Shown piece by piece: positions 25,206-33,064 of a stretch of 62,735 bases of DNA (positions within the stretch are counted from its first letter, which is position 1; each line of letters starts with the position of its first letter). The stretch is from assembly GCA_043812155.1 (NCBI GenBank), contig JBDRMK010000007.1, positions 1 through 62,735 on the forward strand, read 5' to 3'. The notes below the pieces were generated by a model. It saw only the letters and a list, made by a program, of their open reading frames with translations, ran no database searches and was not told where the DNA came from. The translations under genes and the position numbers were made by a program. The stretch is from Patescibacteria group bacterium (GTDB taxonomy: Bacteria > Patescibacteriota > Patescibacteriia > JAXHNJ01).

Positions 25206-25343
25206 TTATCGCTAGCGCTCGTTGGATCGCTTCACTTGTTCAAGTCGTTGAATCGCTTTCGCTTGTTGAAAATGTTGAATCGCTCACGCTTGTTGAAGTC
25301 GTTGAAAAATAGTGCGAATTCAACGAGCCCAAGAGGGCGATAG
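25206..25343. repeat. degenerate tandem repeat of about 27 nt (about 3.5 units) ending in a palindrome
   Basis: Units resemble cgttgaatcgct(n)cgcttgttgaa. The ends ttatcgc / gcgataga and cgttgaa / attcaacg are inverted. Confidence 0.6.
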
Positions 25344-25424
25344 AACATTTTAACGATTAGAACGTTAAGAAAATAGAAAAGTGAACCAAAGTTTAAAACC
25401 TTTAATACAACTAAAACGAATACT

Positions 25425-25688
25425 ATGCATGATATAATGGCGGCGAAAGACATTTTTGACCTTATTCTGCGATACGCTCACCGCAATAAGTTTAAAATTG
25501 TGAAAAAAGTGGAAATTGAGCTGGGTCTAGTGGCCGGTGAAGACCACGTGGAAGACATTTTACCCGCAAATTTAACCGCTAATTTAAAAATGCTGGCCAA
25601 AGGTTCGGCGGCGGAAAAAGCGGAGTTTCACATCATCAAAACCAGCGGCCAGGGATACCGTCTGGTGTCCATAGAAGGCGACAAATAG
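25425..25688 (+). CDS. HypA-like protein lacking the zinc-ribbon half
   Basis: Starts MHD (compare the MHE nickel site) and has V.KVEIELG and GSAAEKAEFHI blocks like HypA. There are no Cys residues in its 87 aa. Confidence 0.55.
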   Translation: MHDIMAAKDIFDLILRYAHRNKFKIVKKVEIELGLVAGEDHVEDILPANLTANLKMLAKGSAAEKAEFHIIKTSGQGYRLVSIEGDK

Positions 25689-25738
25689 GCCATTTTTTAA
25701 ATAATTTAAGGCCCGGTATTAGGCTGGGCTTTTTTGGT

Positions 25739-25796
25739 CTTGACCCCGCCCTTCGCGAAGGGCGGGGTTGACAAAAAAACTAATTTCGGCTAAGGT
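25739..25796 (+). promoter_or_regulatory. hairpin-embedded promoter module upstream of the FHA gene
   Basis: cTTGAC, stem ccccgccc, loop ttcgcgaa, stem gggcgggg, then TTGACA (25768-25773), 17-nt spacer, TAAGGT. Confidence 0.5.
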
Positions 25797-25847
25797 ATTG
25801 TTAATAATATTGGTCAGCGTTCCTTTCCTTTTGCCAGGAGGTAGAAG

Positions 25848-26171
25848 GTGTCGAGAAAAAAAGCGGCCAAGACCGGACAAGCGCGACCCAGAATCAGGAT
25901 AGAGAACAGTTGTTTTAGGGGGTTAGAGATTCCCCTGAAGAAGAAAAGGGTGATCATCGGCCGGAGCCTTTCAAGCGACATTTGTCTGGACGACAGCCTG
26001 GTTTCTGACGAACACGCCGAGATCAGCCGGACGAAGGACGGTAATTTCAAAATCAAGGATTTGAACAGCCGTAACGGATTGCAAGTCAATAGCCGGGGGG
26101 CTCATGAGAGAATTCTGAAAAACGGCGATATCATCGGGATCGGCTCTTTCCAGCTCAAGTTCATTTGCTAA
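25848..26171 (+). CDS. FHA-domain protein
   Basis: GTG start behind aggagg. IGRSLSSDICLDDSLVSDEHAEI...NSRNG..VN are FHA core motifs. Confidence 0.8.
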   Translation: MSRKKAAKTGQARPRIRIENSCFRGLEIPLKKKRVIIGRSLSSDICLDDSLVSDEHAEISRTKDGNFKIKDLNSRNGLQVNSRGAHERILKNGDIIGIGSFQLKFIC

Positions 26172-26189
26172 CCTACTATAGATTCTATC

Positions 26190-26226
26190 GCCTGGGAGAT
26201 GTTTCGTCCTCCAGGCTTTTTTTGTC
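26190..26226 (+). terminator. intrinsic terminator
   Basis: gcctgggag..cctccaggc followed by TTTTTTT. Confidence 0.6.
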
Positions 26227-26253
26227 TAATTTTACTTTTTTTCAATTGGGGGT

Positions 26254-26303
26254 CTTGACCCGCCTTCGCCCCTCGACTACACTCAGGGCTACGGCGGGCG
26301 GGA
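26254..26303. repeat. GC-rich REP-like hairpin, related to 47082-47125
   Basis: cccgccttcgc-N-gctacggcggg is shared with the copy inside rnpB. Confidence 0.5.
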
Positions 26304-26520
26304 CTCAATAAGTTTTTGTTTGTACTGTTAGACAATATTATGTATTTAGTATAAGTATATCCGCCTGGCTTGACATATTTTTTATTTTGTATATAATATA
26401 GTGTAATTGATTTTCAACGAAGGAAATGCACCTAAAACGCCCTTGACTTGCCGGGCAAACAAAAAGGAGGTAATAGGCAAGATTAATTCGTGGTTATCTC
26501 TCGTAACGAAAGGAGAAGCC

Positions 26521-27003
26521 GTGAAGAAATTCATCTTCATGATTCTCGTAACGTCACTGACGTTCGTCTTCGCACTCGGACCCCCGGTCTCGGCGGCTAC
26601 GCTTTCCTACAATTATTATTACAACAGCACGACCGAGATCGCGATCACCGACGGCGCCGGCACGATCAGCCCGGCCCTCAACCACATGAATGTCGATTTC
26701 AAGTCGCTCACGACGAGCGCATACGGCACGGAGAATGCGACATGCATGTCGGGCGTCAGCCCCGTGATCAAGACGTCGATCCATAGCGTTCAGAGCTCTT
26801 TCGATAATTATACTTTGATCAACGACGCGATCACGGATACCGGAGTCGCCGCTTACAAATTGGATATCTACTCCGCGGCGAACCTGTCCGGCCACTACTA
26901 CATGAACGGCTACCAGCCCGGTGTGACGAACCACTACCCGTCGAGGTCGGGCCTTAAGTATCCGCTGACATCCTTCTACGAAGGGGTCACGCGGGCCACC
27001 TGA
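26521..27003 (+). CDS. secreted protein, function unknown, in a G+C-rich patch
   Basis: GTG start behind aaaggag. Signal peptide VKKFIFMILVTSLTFVFALGPPVSA. Composition differs clearly from the flanks. Confidence 0.6.
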   Translation: MKKFIFMILVTSLTFVFALGPPVSAATLSYNYYYNSTTEIAITDGAGTISPALNHMNVDFKSLTTSAYGTENATCMSGVSPVIKTSIHSVQSSFDNYTLINDAITDTGVAAYKLDIYSAANLSGHYYMNGYQPGVTNHYPSRSGLKYPLTSFYEGVTRAT

Positions 27004-27018
27004 GTTCAGCACGGCGCC

Positions 27019-27070
27019 GAGCCCTTGGCATCAGTTCCCAACCGGGAGCCGGCCAAGGGCTCTCTTTTTT
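27019..27070 (+). terminator. intrinsic terminator
   Basis: gagcccttggc...gccaagggctc followed by TTTTTT. Confidence 0.8.
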
Positions 27071-27074
27071 TATA

Positions 27075-27375
27075 ATAAAAAAGGCCCTGCTCCGTATTGA
27101 AGCAGGGCTTTCCGATCTCTAGTTTTTCGAGACGGTGCGTTTTAATGTCCCTCCAAGTATTTTGGCAAGCGTTTATCTCTTCTGTCGAGATCGGCGTCTT
27201 TCAAGACCTTCCATGGTGGCCTTGTTCAGACCTTTACTCGGAAACCCGAGAGCAGAATAGAGGCGCTTGCCTCAACGCGCGTTTTGGAGGGGGTTCGGAC
27301 GTTTGGCCGCGGCGAACCTCGATTGAGGTAAGGAACAGGAACATCAGCCAGAACGCGCCGAACTTATACAAGATA
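27075..27375 (-). ncRNA. candidate structured RNA on the minus strand, class unknown
   Basis: Minus-strand terminator (gccctgct/agcagggc plus T-run, 27075-27108). Helices include ccctccaa/ttggaggg, ggcaagcg/cgcttgcc, ctcgg-aaac-ccgag and ggttcg..cgaacc. No credible ORF. Confidence 0.35.
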
Positions 27376-27405
27376 ACAAATATATTTATTAAGTCAATAA
27401 CTGGT

Positions 27406-27414
27406 TGTGGATAA
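27406..27414. promoter_or_regulatory. perfect DnaA-box 9-mer upstream of pgk
   Basis: TGTGGATAA in context ggTTGTGGATAAct. Confidence 0.45.
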
Positions 27415-27457
27415 CTATTTCTGTTTAATTTTTAGTTTTTACGCCAATGTCTTTTTG

Positions 27458-27466
27458 TGTTATAAT
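27458..27466 (+). promoter_or_regulatory. extended -10 element upstream of pgk
   Basis: TGTTATAAT. Confidence 0.45.
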
Positions 27467-27478
27467 AAAGGTAAATTT

Positions 27479-28651
27479 ATGCGGTTAAGAACACTGAAAA
27501 AAGTTATGGTTGCGAATAAAAAAGTCCTTTTACGGGCGGGATTTGATGTGCCTTTTGGTAAGAACGGCAAAATTGAGGATGATGAGCGGATCCGCGAGAG
27601 TTTGCCCACGATAAAATATCTTACTAAAAATAGAGCTAAAGTCATTATTATCAGCCACAATGGCCGTCCGGGAGGAAGATATGTCAAAAAATTGGCCATG
27701 GGCGAAGTGGCCAAGCGCTTGAGTCAGCTGTTGAAGCAAAAAGTTTATAAATTGAATGATTGTGTTGGTAAAGAAGTAGAGAGGTTTATTGATCAAATAA
27801 GACCCGGTCAGGTAGTTTTACTGGAGAATCTTCGTTTTCATGTAGAGGAAGAGAAAAATGATATTTTATTTGCCAAAAAATTGGCTCATTTAGGCAACCT
27901 TTATGTTAATGATGCGTTTTCTAATTCCCATCGGGGGCACGCTTCCATGGTCGGTATTCCTAAATTTTTACCTGCTTACCCCGGATTTTTAGTAGCCAAG
28001 GAAGTAAGCGCCTTGTCTCAGATTTTGCAAAAACCCAAAAGACCTTTTGTTGCCATTATCGGCGGCGCGAAAATTTCCGACAAATTAAAAACCATCATCA
28101 ATTTGTTCCATAAAACCGACGCCATACTGATCGGCGGCGCCATCGCCAACACGATTTTAAAAGCCCACGGTCTTCAAGTGGGAAAGTCTCTGATTGAAGC
28201 CGACATGGTGGCAAAAGTAAAAAAATTAAAATTAACCGATGTTCGCCTGAAAATTCCGGTGGATGTGGTGGTGTCTGATAAAATCAGTAAAAACGCCAAA
28301 GCTTGGTTCCGGCCGGCCGGCGGAGTGAGAAAGAACGAAATTATTTTGGATATCGGCGAAGACACCTTAAATTTATACAAAGCGATAATTACCAAAGCCA
28401 GGCAGATCGTCTGGGCCGGACCGATGGGGTATTTTGAAATCAGGAAGTTTTCCCGCGGCAGTTTCGAAATCGCCAAAGCTTTGGCCAAATGTAAAGCCAA
28501 GACTTGCGTCGGCGGCGGCGATACCCAGAGCGTGCTGGAAAAACTTGGTTTAAAGAATAAAATTGATTTTGTTTCCACTGGCGGGGGAGCGATGCTCAAG
28601 TTTTTGGAAGGTGGAGTTTTGCCCGCTTTAAAGCCGTTAATTAAAAAATAA
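27479..28651 (+). CDS. pgk: phosphoglycerate kinase
   Basis: KKVLLRAGFDVP, IISHNGRP, and GGGDT..VL with STGGGA near the C-terminus. The ATG at 27479 is preferred. Confidence 0.92.
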   Translation: MRLRTLKKVMVANKKVLLRAGFDVPFGKNGKIEDDERIRESLPTIKYLTKNRAKVIIISHNGRPGGRYVKKLAMGEVAKRLSQLLKQKVYKLNDCVGKEVERFIDQIRPGQVVLLENLRFHVEEEKNDILFAKKLAHLGNLYVNDAFSNSHRGHASMVGIPKFLPAYPGFLVAKEVSALSQILQKPKRPFVAIIGGAKISDKLKTIINLFHKTDAILIGGAIANTILKAHGLQVGKSLIEADMVAKVKKLKLTDVRLKIPVDVVVSDKISKNAKAWFRPAGGVRKNEIILDIGEDTLNLYKAIITKARQIVWAGPMGYFEIRKFSRGSFEIAKALAKCKAKTCVGGGDTQSVLEKLGLKNKIDFVSTGGGAMLKFLEGGVLPALKPLIKK

Positions 28652-28658
28652 AAATAAT

Positions 28659-29909
28659 ATGCCAAAAATCAATAAGATCAAAGCGATTGAAATATTAGAC
28701 TCGCGGGGCAATCCCACAATTGAAACCTGGGTTTCCTTGGATAACGGCCTTAATGGCAAAGCAGCCGTGCCTTCCGGCGCTTCCACCGGCACATATGAAG
28801 CATTGGAATTGCGCGACGGGGATAAGAAAAGATATTCGGGCTTAGGGGTGTTAAAAGCGGTGGAGAACGTCAATTCCAAAATTTTTCCTTTATTAAAAAA
28901 CGCGGAAGTGGATGACCAAGAGGCGATAGACAATAAAATGCGCGAGCTTGACGGGACAGACAATAAAACCAATCTGGGTGGCAACGCCATTTTATCCGTT
29001 TCTCTGGCTTGCGCCAGGACGGCGGCCAAAGCCAAAGGAATTCAATTGTTTGAATATATAAGCGAGGTTTATGGTTTTAAAAAGAAGGACGATTTTCCGA
29101 CGCCGATGTTCAATATTTTCAACGGCGGCAAGCACGCGGACACCAACCTGGATTTCCAGGAATTTATGGTCATCCCGGTTTTAAAAACCGATATCAAGGA
29201 AAAGATCAGGATCGGGGCGGAAGTTTTCCACGAACTGGGGCGGGTTCTGAAAAGCAAAGGCCTGGATACCGATGTCGGCAATGAAGGCGGTTACGCTCCG
29301 AATATTGACCACTCAATTGACGCGATTGAAATGATCCTGGAAGCGATAAGGAAGGCCGGTTATAAACCAGGAGAGGAAGTGTCGTTGGGCATGGACGTCG
29401 GGGCTTCCACTTTATTCGACAAGCGAAAGAACGAATATATTTTTAAACTTGATAATTCATTTTTGAATTCCGAGCAGCTGATCGAGCTCTATAAATCCTG
29501 GCAGGAAAAATATCCTTTTGTTCTGATCGAGGACGGCCTAGATGAGGATGATTTCCCCGGCTGGAAAATATTAACCAGAGAATTAGGCAAAAAACTTCTG
29601 CTGGTCGGCGACGATCTTTTTGTTACGAATGTGGAAAGATTTAAGAAAGGAATCAAAGAGGGTTTGGCCAATGCTATCCTTATCAAGCCAAACCAGATCG
29701 GCACTCTTTCCGAAACAGTGGATTGCATCAAGCTGGCCCAGAGTAAAAAATACAAAGTGGTTGTTTCCCATCGTTCGGGAGAGACCAATGACAGTTTTAT
29801 TTCGGATCTGGCTTTCGCCTCCGGCGCTGACTTTATCAAGGCGGGCGCGCCCTGCCGGGGAGAAAGACTGGCTAAATACAACCGATTTTTAGAGATATAT
29901 GAAAGATAA
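28659..29909 (+). CDS. eno: enolase
   Basis: ILDSRGNPT, SGASTG..EA.ELRD, and SHRSGET near the C-terminus. Confidence 0.95.
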   Translation: MPKINKIKAIEILDSRGNPTIETWVSLDNGLNGKAAVPSGASTGTYEALELRDGDKKRYSGLGVLKAVENVNSKIFPLLKNAEVDDQEAIDNKMRELDGTDNKTNLGGNAILSVSLACARTAAKAKGIQLFEYISEVYGFKKKDDFPTPMFNIFNGGKHADTNLDFQEFMVIPVLKTDIKEKIRIGAEVFHELGRVLKSKGLDTDVGNEGGYAPNIDHSIDAIEMILEAIRKAGYKPGEEVSLGMDVGASTLFDKRKNEYIFKLDNSFLNSEQLIELYKSWQEKYPFVLIEDGLDEDDFPGWKILTRELGKKLLLVGDDLFVTNVERFKKGIKEGLANAILIKPNQIGTLSETVDCIKLAQSKKYKVVVSHRSGETNDSFISDLAFASGADFIKAGAPCRGERLAKYNRFLEIYER

Positions 29910-31476
29910 CGAAAAAACAAAAGAAAGATCACCGGTTTTACTGGTTATTCTTGACGGTTTCGGCATTGCGCCGCCGAGCCGGGGGAATGCGGTGACATTA
30001 GCGAAGACTCCTTTTTTGGATCATCTTTTTAAAGATTATCCTAATACGGTTATTTCCGCTTCCGGCCGAGACGCCGGTTTGCCTTCAAATCAGCATGGCA
30101 ATTCCGAGGCCGGGCATTTGAATCTGGGCGCCGGCCGCGTGGTTGATCAGGATTCGGTCAAGATTTCCAAGTCCATAAATGAAGGCCTTTTTTTCAAAAA
30201 TTCCGCTTTTTTGGAGGCGATCGATCACGCCCATAAAAATAAGTCAAATCTTCATATTATGGGTCTTTTATCAGGCGACCAAAGTCCGCATATGCAGCCG
30301 GATCATCTTATCGCTCTTATCACTTTGTGCCGGCTAAAAAATGTACACCCTTTGTACCTGCATATTTTTACCGACGGCCGGGATTCTCCGCCTTATAAGG
30401 CCCTGGAATTTATCAGTAAGCTGAAAAAAACCTTTGATAACGGCGAAAAAATCGCCACGATTTGCGGACGTTTTTACCTTGACCGCAAAAAAAACTGGCC
30501 GGTGACCGAGATGATCTATAATACCTTGACTTTAAGCGAAGGCTTGATTTTTAAAACGGAGGAAGAGGCGATTTTGCACAGTTATAACATGAAAAAATCG
30601 GATGAATTCGTACCGCCTTCAGTCATCGCGAAAAATAATAAGGAAAAATTTGAAACAAGGATTTCCGACAATGATTCCGTCATATTTTTCAATCATCGTT
30701 CTGACCGGGCCAGGCAATTGACCAAGGCATTTGTCCAGCCTGATTTCGAAACCAGGAATCCCGGCGCTCAAAAACGAAAAAAGGTCTTAAAGAATCTGAA
30801 GTTCATCGCCATGACGGATTTCGGGCCGGATCTGCCAGGCGTTCTGACCGCTTATCCTTCCATGGATTTGGCCGAGACCCTGCCCATGACTCTGTATCCT
30901 TTAAAACAATTTTACATCACTGAAACGGAAAAATACGCCCACCTTACCTTCTTCTTTAACGGCGGATATGATCATCCAGTGGCCGGCGAGAACCGCGTCT
31001 TGATCCCATCGCCCCAAGTGGACAATTACAAAAACACGCCGGAGATGAGTTCGCCGGAAATTCTTCAAAGAATATTAAGGGAATTAAAAAATGATGCTTA
31101 CGATTTTATGGCGGTGAATTTTTGCAATGGCGACATGATCGGCCACACCGGCAATCTCCCGGCCGGCATTATGGCGGTGGAATATTTGGACGGATGTTTA
31201 AAAACTTTAGTCAGCGAAGTTTTGGCGAAAAAAGGCGCCTTATTTATCACCGCTGACCACGGCAATATTGAGGAAATGACAGAATTGGATTCCGGGGAAA
31301 TAAACACGGAGCATTCCTCTTTTCCGGTGCCGTTTATTGTTGTCGCTCCGCACGTTAAGAAAAAATTAGTTTTAAGAAAAGACGGCATTCTGGCTGATGT
31401 CGCGCCGACTATTCTTGCATATTTGGGCCGGGCGAAGCCCGGCTTAATGACGGGAAAAAGTTTATGCCAATTTTAA
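29899..31476 (+). CDS. gpmI: 2,3-bisphosphoglycerate-independent phosphoglycerate mutase, copy 1 (more diverged)
   Basis: LVILDGFG, GNSEAGHLNLGAGR, FTDGRDSPP, ETEKYAHLTFFFNGG, DMIGHTG, TADHGN. Confidence 0.9.
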   Translation: MKDNEKTKERSPVLLVILDGFGIAPPSRGNAVTLAKTPFLDHLFKDYPNTVISASGRDAGLPSNQHGNSEAGHLNLGAGRVVDQDSVKISKSINEGLFFKNSAFLEAIDHAHKNKSNLHIMGLLSGDQSPHMQPDHLIALITLCRLKNVHPLYLHIFTDGRDSPPYKALEFISKLKKTFDNGEKIATICGRFYLDRKKNWPVTEMIYNTLTLSEGLIFKTEEEAILHSYNMKKSDEFVPPSVIAKNNKEKFETRISDNDSVIFFNHRSDRARQLTKAFVQPDFETRNPGAQKRKKVLKNLKFIAMTDFGPDLPGVLTAYPSMDLAETLPMTLYPLKQFYITETEKYAHLTFFFNGGYDHPVAGENRVLIPSPQVDNYKNTPEMSSPEILQRILRELKNDAYDFMAVNFCNGDMIGHTGNLPAGIMAVEYLDGCLKTLVSEVLAKKGALFITADHGNIEEMTELDSGEINTEHSSFPVPFIVVAPHVKKKLVLRKDGILADVAPTILAYLGRAKPGLMTGKSLCQF

Positions 31477-33059
31477 AAAAACCGGTAGTCTTAGTTATTA
31501 TGGACGGTTGGGGCGTGGCGCCGCCTTCGCGGGCCAATGCTTTAAGCCAGGCGAAAACGCCGGTCTGGGATAAGCTCTTAGCTACCTATCCCAGCCTGAC
31601 CTTGCAGGCGGCCGGCGAGTCGGTGGGTTTGCCCTGGGGAGAAATGGGAAATTCGGAAGTCGGGCACTTGAATTTAGGAGCGGGAAAAATTATTTATCAG
31701 GATCTGCCGCGGATAAATAAAGCCATTGTTGATAATACATTTTACGCCAATAAAGCCCTAAAAGAGGCGGTTCGCCAGGTAAAAAAGAAGAATTCGGATT
31801 TTCATCTCATGGGCTTGGTTTCCACCGGCGGAGTCCACAGCGCCCTAGACCATCTTTACGCCTTGCTAGAATTTTGCGTTAAGGAAGGCTTGAAAAAAGT
31901 TTATATCCACGCTTTTTTGGACGGCCGCGACACGCCGCCGAAAGCCGGGGAGAATTTTATTGAAAAATTAAGCGTCAAAATGGAGGAGCTGAAAGTCGGG
32001 CAGATCGCCACAATATCCGGCCGGTTTTACGCCATGGACCGCGATAACCACTGGGACAGGATTGAAAAAGCTTATCTGGCCATGACGCAAGGAAAAACGG
32101 CAAAAAAGGCGCCCCATGCCCTTGAGGCCATAAAGGAATCGTATAAAAACAACATCTTTGACGAAGAATTTGTTCCCACGATCATTACGGACAATAAAGG
32201 CGAACCGCTGGCCACCGTCAAGGAAGAGGACGCGCTGATATTTTTCAACTACCGATCGGACCGGGCCAGGGAAATGACCAAGGCTTTTGTTCTGCCGGGA
32301 TTTGAAAAATTTCCCAGGGAAAAATATCTGAAAAATTTGTTCTTCGTGACGATGACTGAATATGAAAGCAATCTGCCGGTAGTGGTCGCTTTCCCGCCGG
32401 AAAAAATTTCCGAGCCTTTGGCCAAAGTTGTAGCGGACAATAAATTGAATCAGCTCCATATCGCGGAAACGGAAAAATACGCCCATGTCACTTTTTTCTT
32501 CAACGGCGGCCGCGAAGAGCCTTTTTTAAATGAAAATAGGATATTGGTTCCTTCGCCTTCTGTGTCCAGTTATGATCAGAAGCCGGAGATGTCGGCCCGG
32601 ACGCTAACTGATAAATTGATCAAGGAAATCAATACCGGAAAATACGCATTTGTGGTCGTAAATTACGCGAACGCGGACATGGTCGGACACACCGGAATTT
32701 TTCCGGCCATTGTCAAGGCGATTGAAACCGTGGACGAATGCTTAGGCGAATTAATTGACTGCGTTTTAGGGGTCAACGGCGCCTTGATCCTGACGGCGGA
32801 CCACGGCAATGCCGAGGAAAAGATCGATCTGCAAACCGGTTTTTTAATTAAAGAACATTCTTCTAACCCAGTGCCCCTGCTTATAATCGGCCAGGAATGG
32901 CAGAATCATCCTTCTGCTTTGTCTTTGGGCAGTGATCTAAGCTCTCTCACTCCTTTTGGCCTTTTATCCGATGTCGCCCCGACCGTTTTAGAGCTTATGG
33001 GTTTGCCTAAACCTAAAGAAATGACGGGGCAAAGTTTATTAAAATACATTAAACACTAA
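31464..33059 (+). CDS. gpmI: 2,3-bisphosphoglycerate-independent phosphoglycerate mutase, copy 2
   Basis: LVIMDGWG, GNSEVGHLNLGAGK, GGVHS, FLDGRDTPP, GRFYAMDRD, DMVGHTG, TADHGN. Confidence 0.92.
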   Translation: MPILKKPVVLVIMDGWGVAPPSRANALSQAKTPVWDKLLATYPSLTLQAAGESVGLPWGEMGNSEVGHLNLGAGKIIYQDLPRINKAIVDNTFYANKALKEAVRQVKKKNSDFHLMGLVSTGGVHSALDHLYALLEFCVKEGLKKVYIHAFLDGRDTPPKAGENFIEKLSVKMEELKVGQIATISGRFYAMDRDNHWDRIEKAYLAMTQGKTAKKAPHALEAIKESYKNNIFDEEFVPTIITDNKGEPLATVKEEDALIFFNYRSDRAREMTKAFVLPGFEKFPREKYLKNLFFVTMTEYESNLPVVVAFPPEKISEPLAKVVADNKLNQLHIAETEKYAHVTFFFNGGREEPFLNENRILVPSPSVSSYDQKPEMSARTLTDKLIKEINTGKYAFVVVNYANADMVGHTGIFPAIVKAIETVDECLGELIDCVLGVNGALILTADHGNAEEKIDLQTGFLIKEHSSNPVPLLIIGQEWQNHPSALSLGSDLSSLTPFGLLSDVAPTVLELMGLPKPKEMTGQSLLKYIKH

Positions 33060-33064
33060 AAAAT

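Noticed and set aside
26490-27012. Alternative-frame ORFs 26490-26786 (plus strand) and 26554-27012 (minus strand)
   Set aside because: They overlap the signal-peptide ORF that has an SD plus GTG start. Their Arg/Asp/His-rich composition is typical of off-frame translation of G+C-rich DNA.
27075-27375. Identification as tmRNA, SRP RNA or 6S RNA (also considered for 1896-2220)
   Set aside because: I found no tRNA-like acceptor/T-arm with a CCA-proximal end, no credible tag ORF ending in a typical degradation tag, and no SRP domain IV GGAA-loop/AGCA motif. 6S cannot be judged by eye. The class is left unknown.
27097-27414. 105-aa plus-strand ORF upstream of pgk
   Set aside because: It has no RBS and starts inside a terminator. 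The sequence has no protein-like features, and the region folds into many helices.
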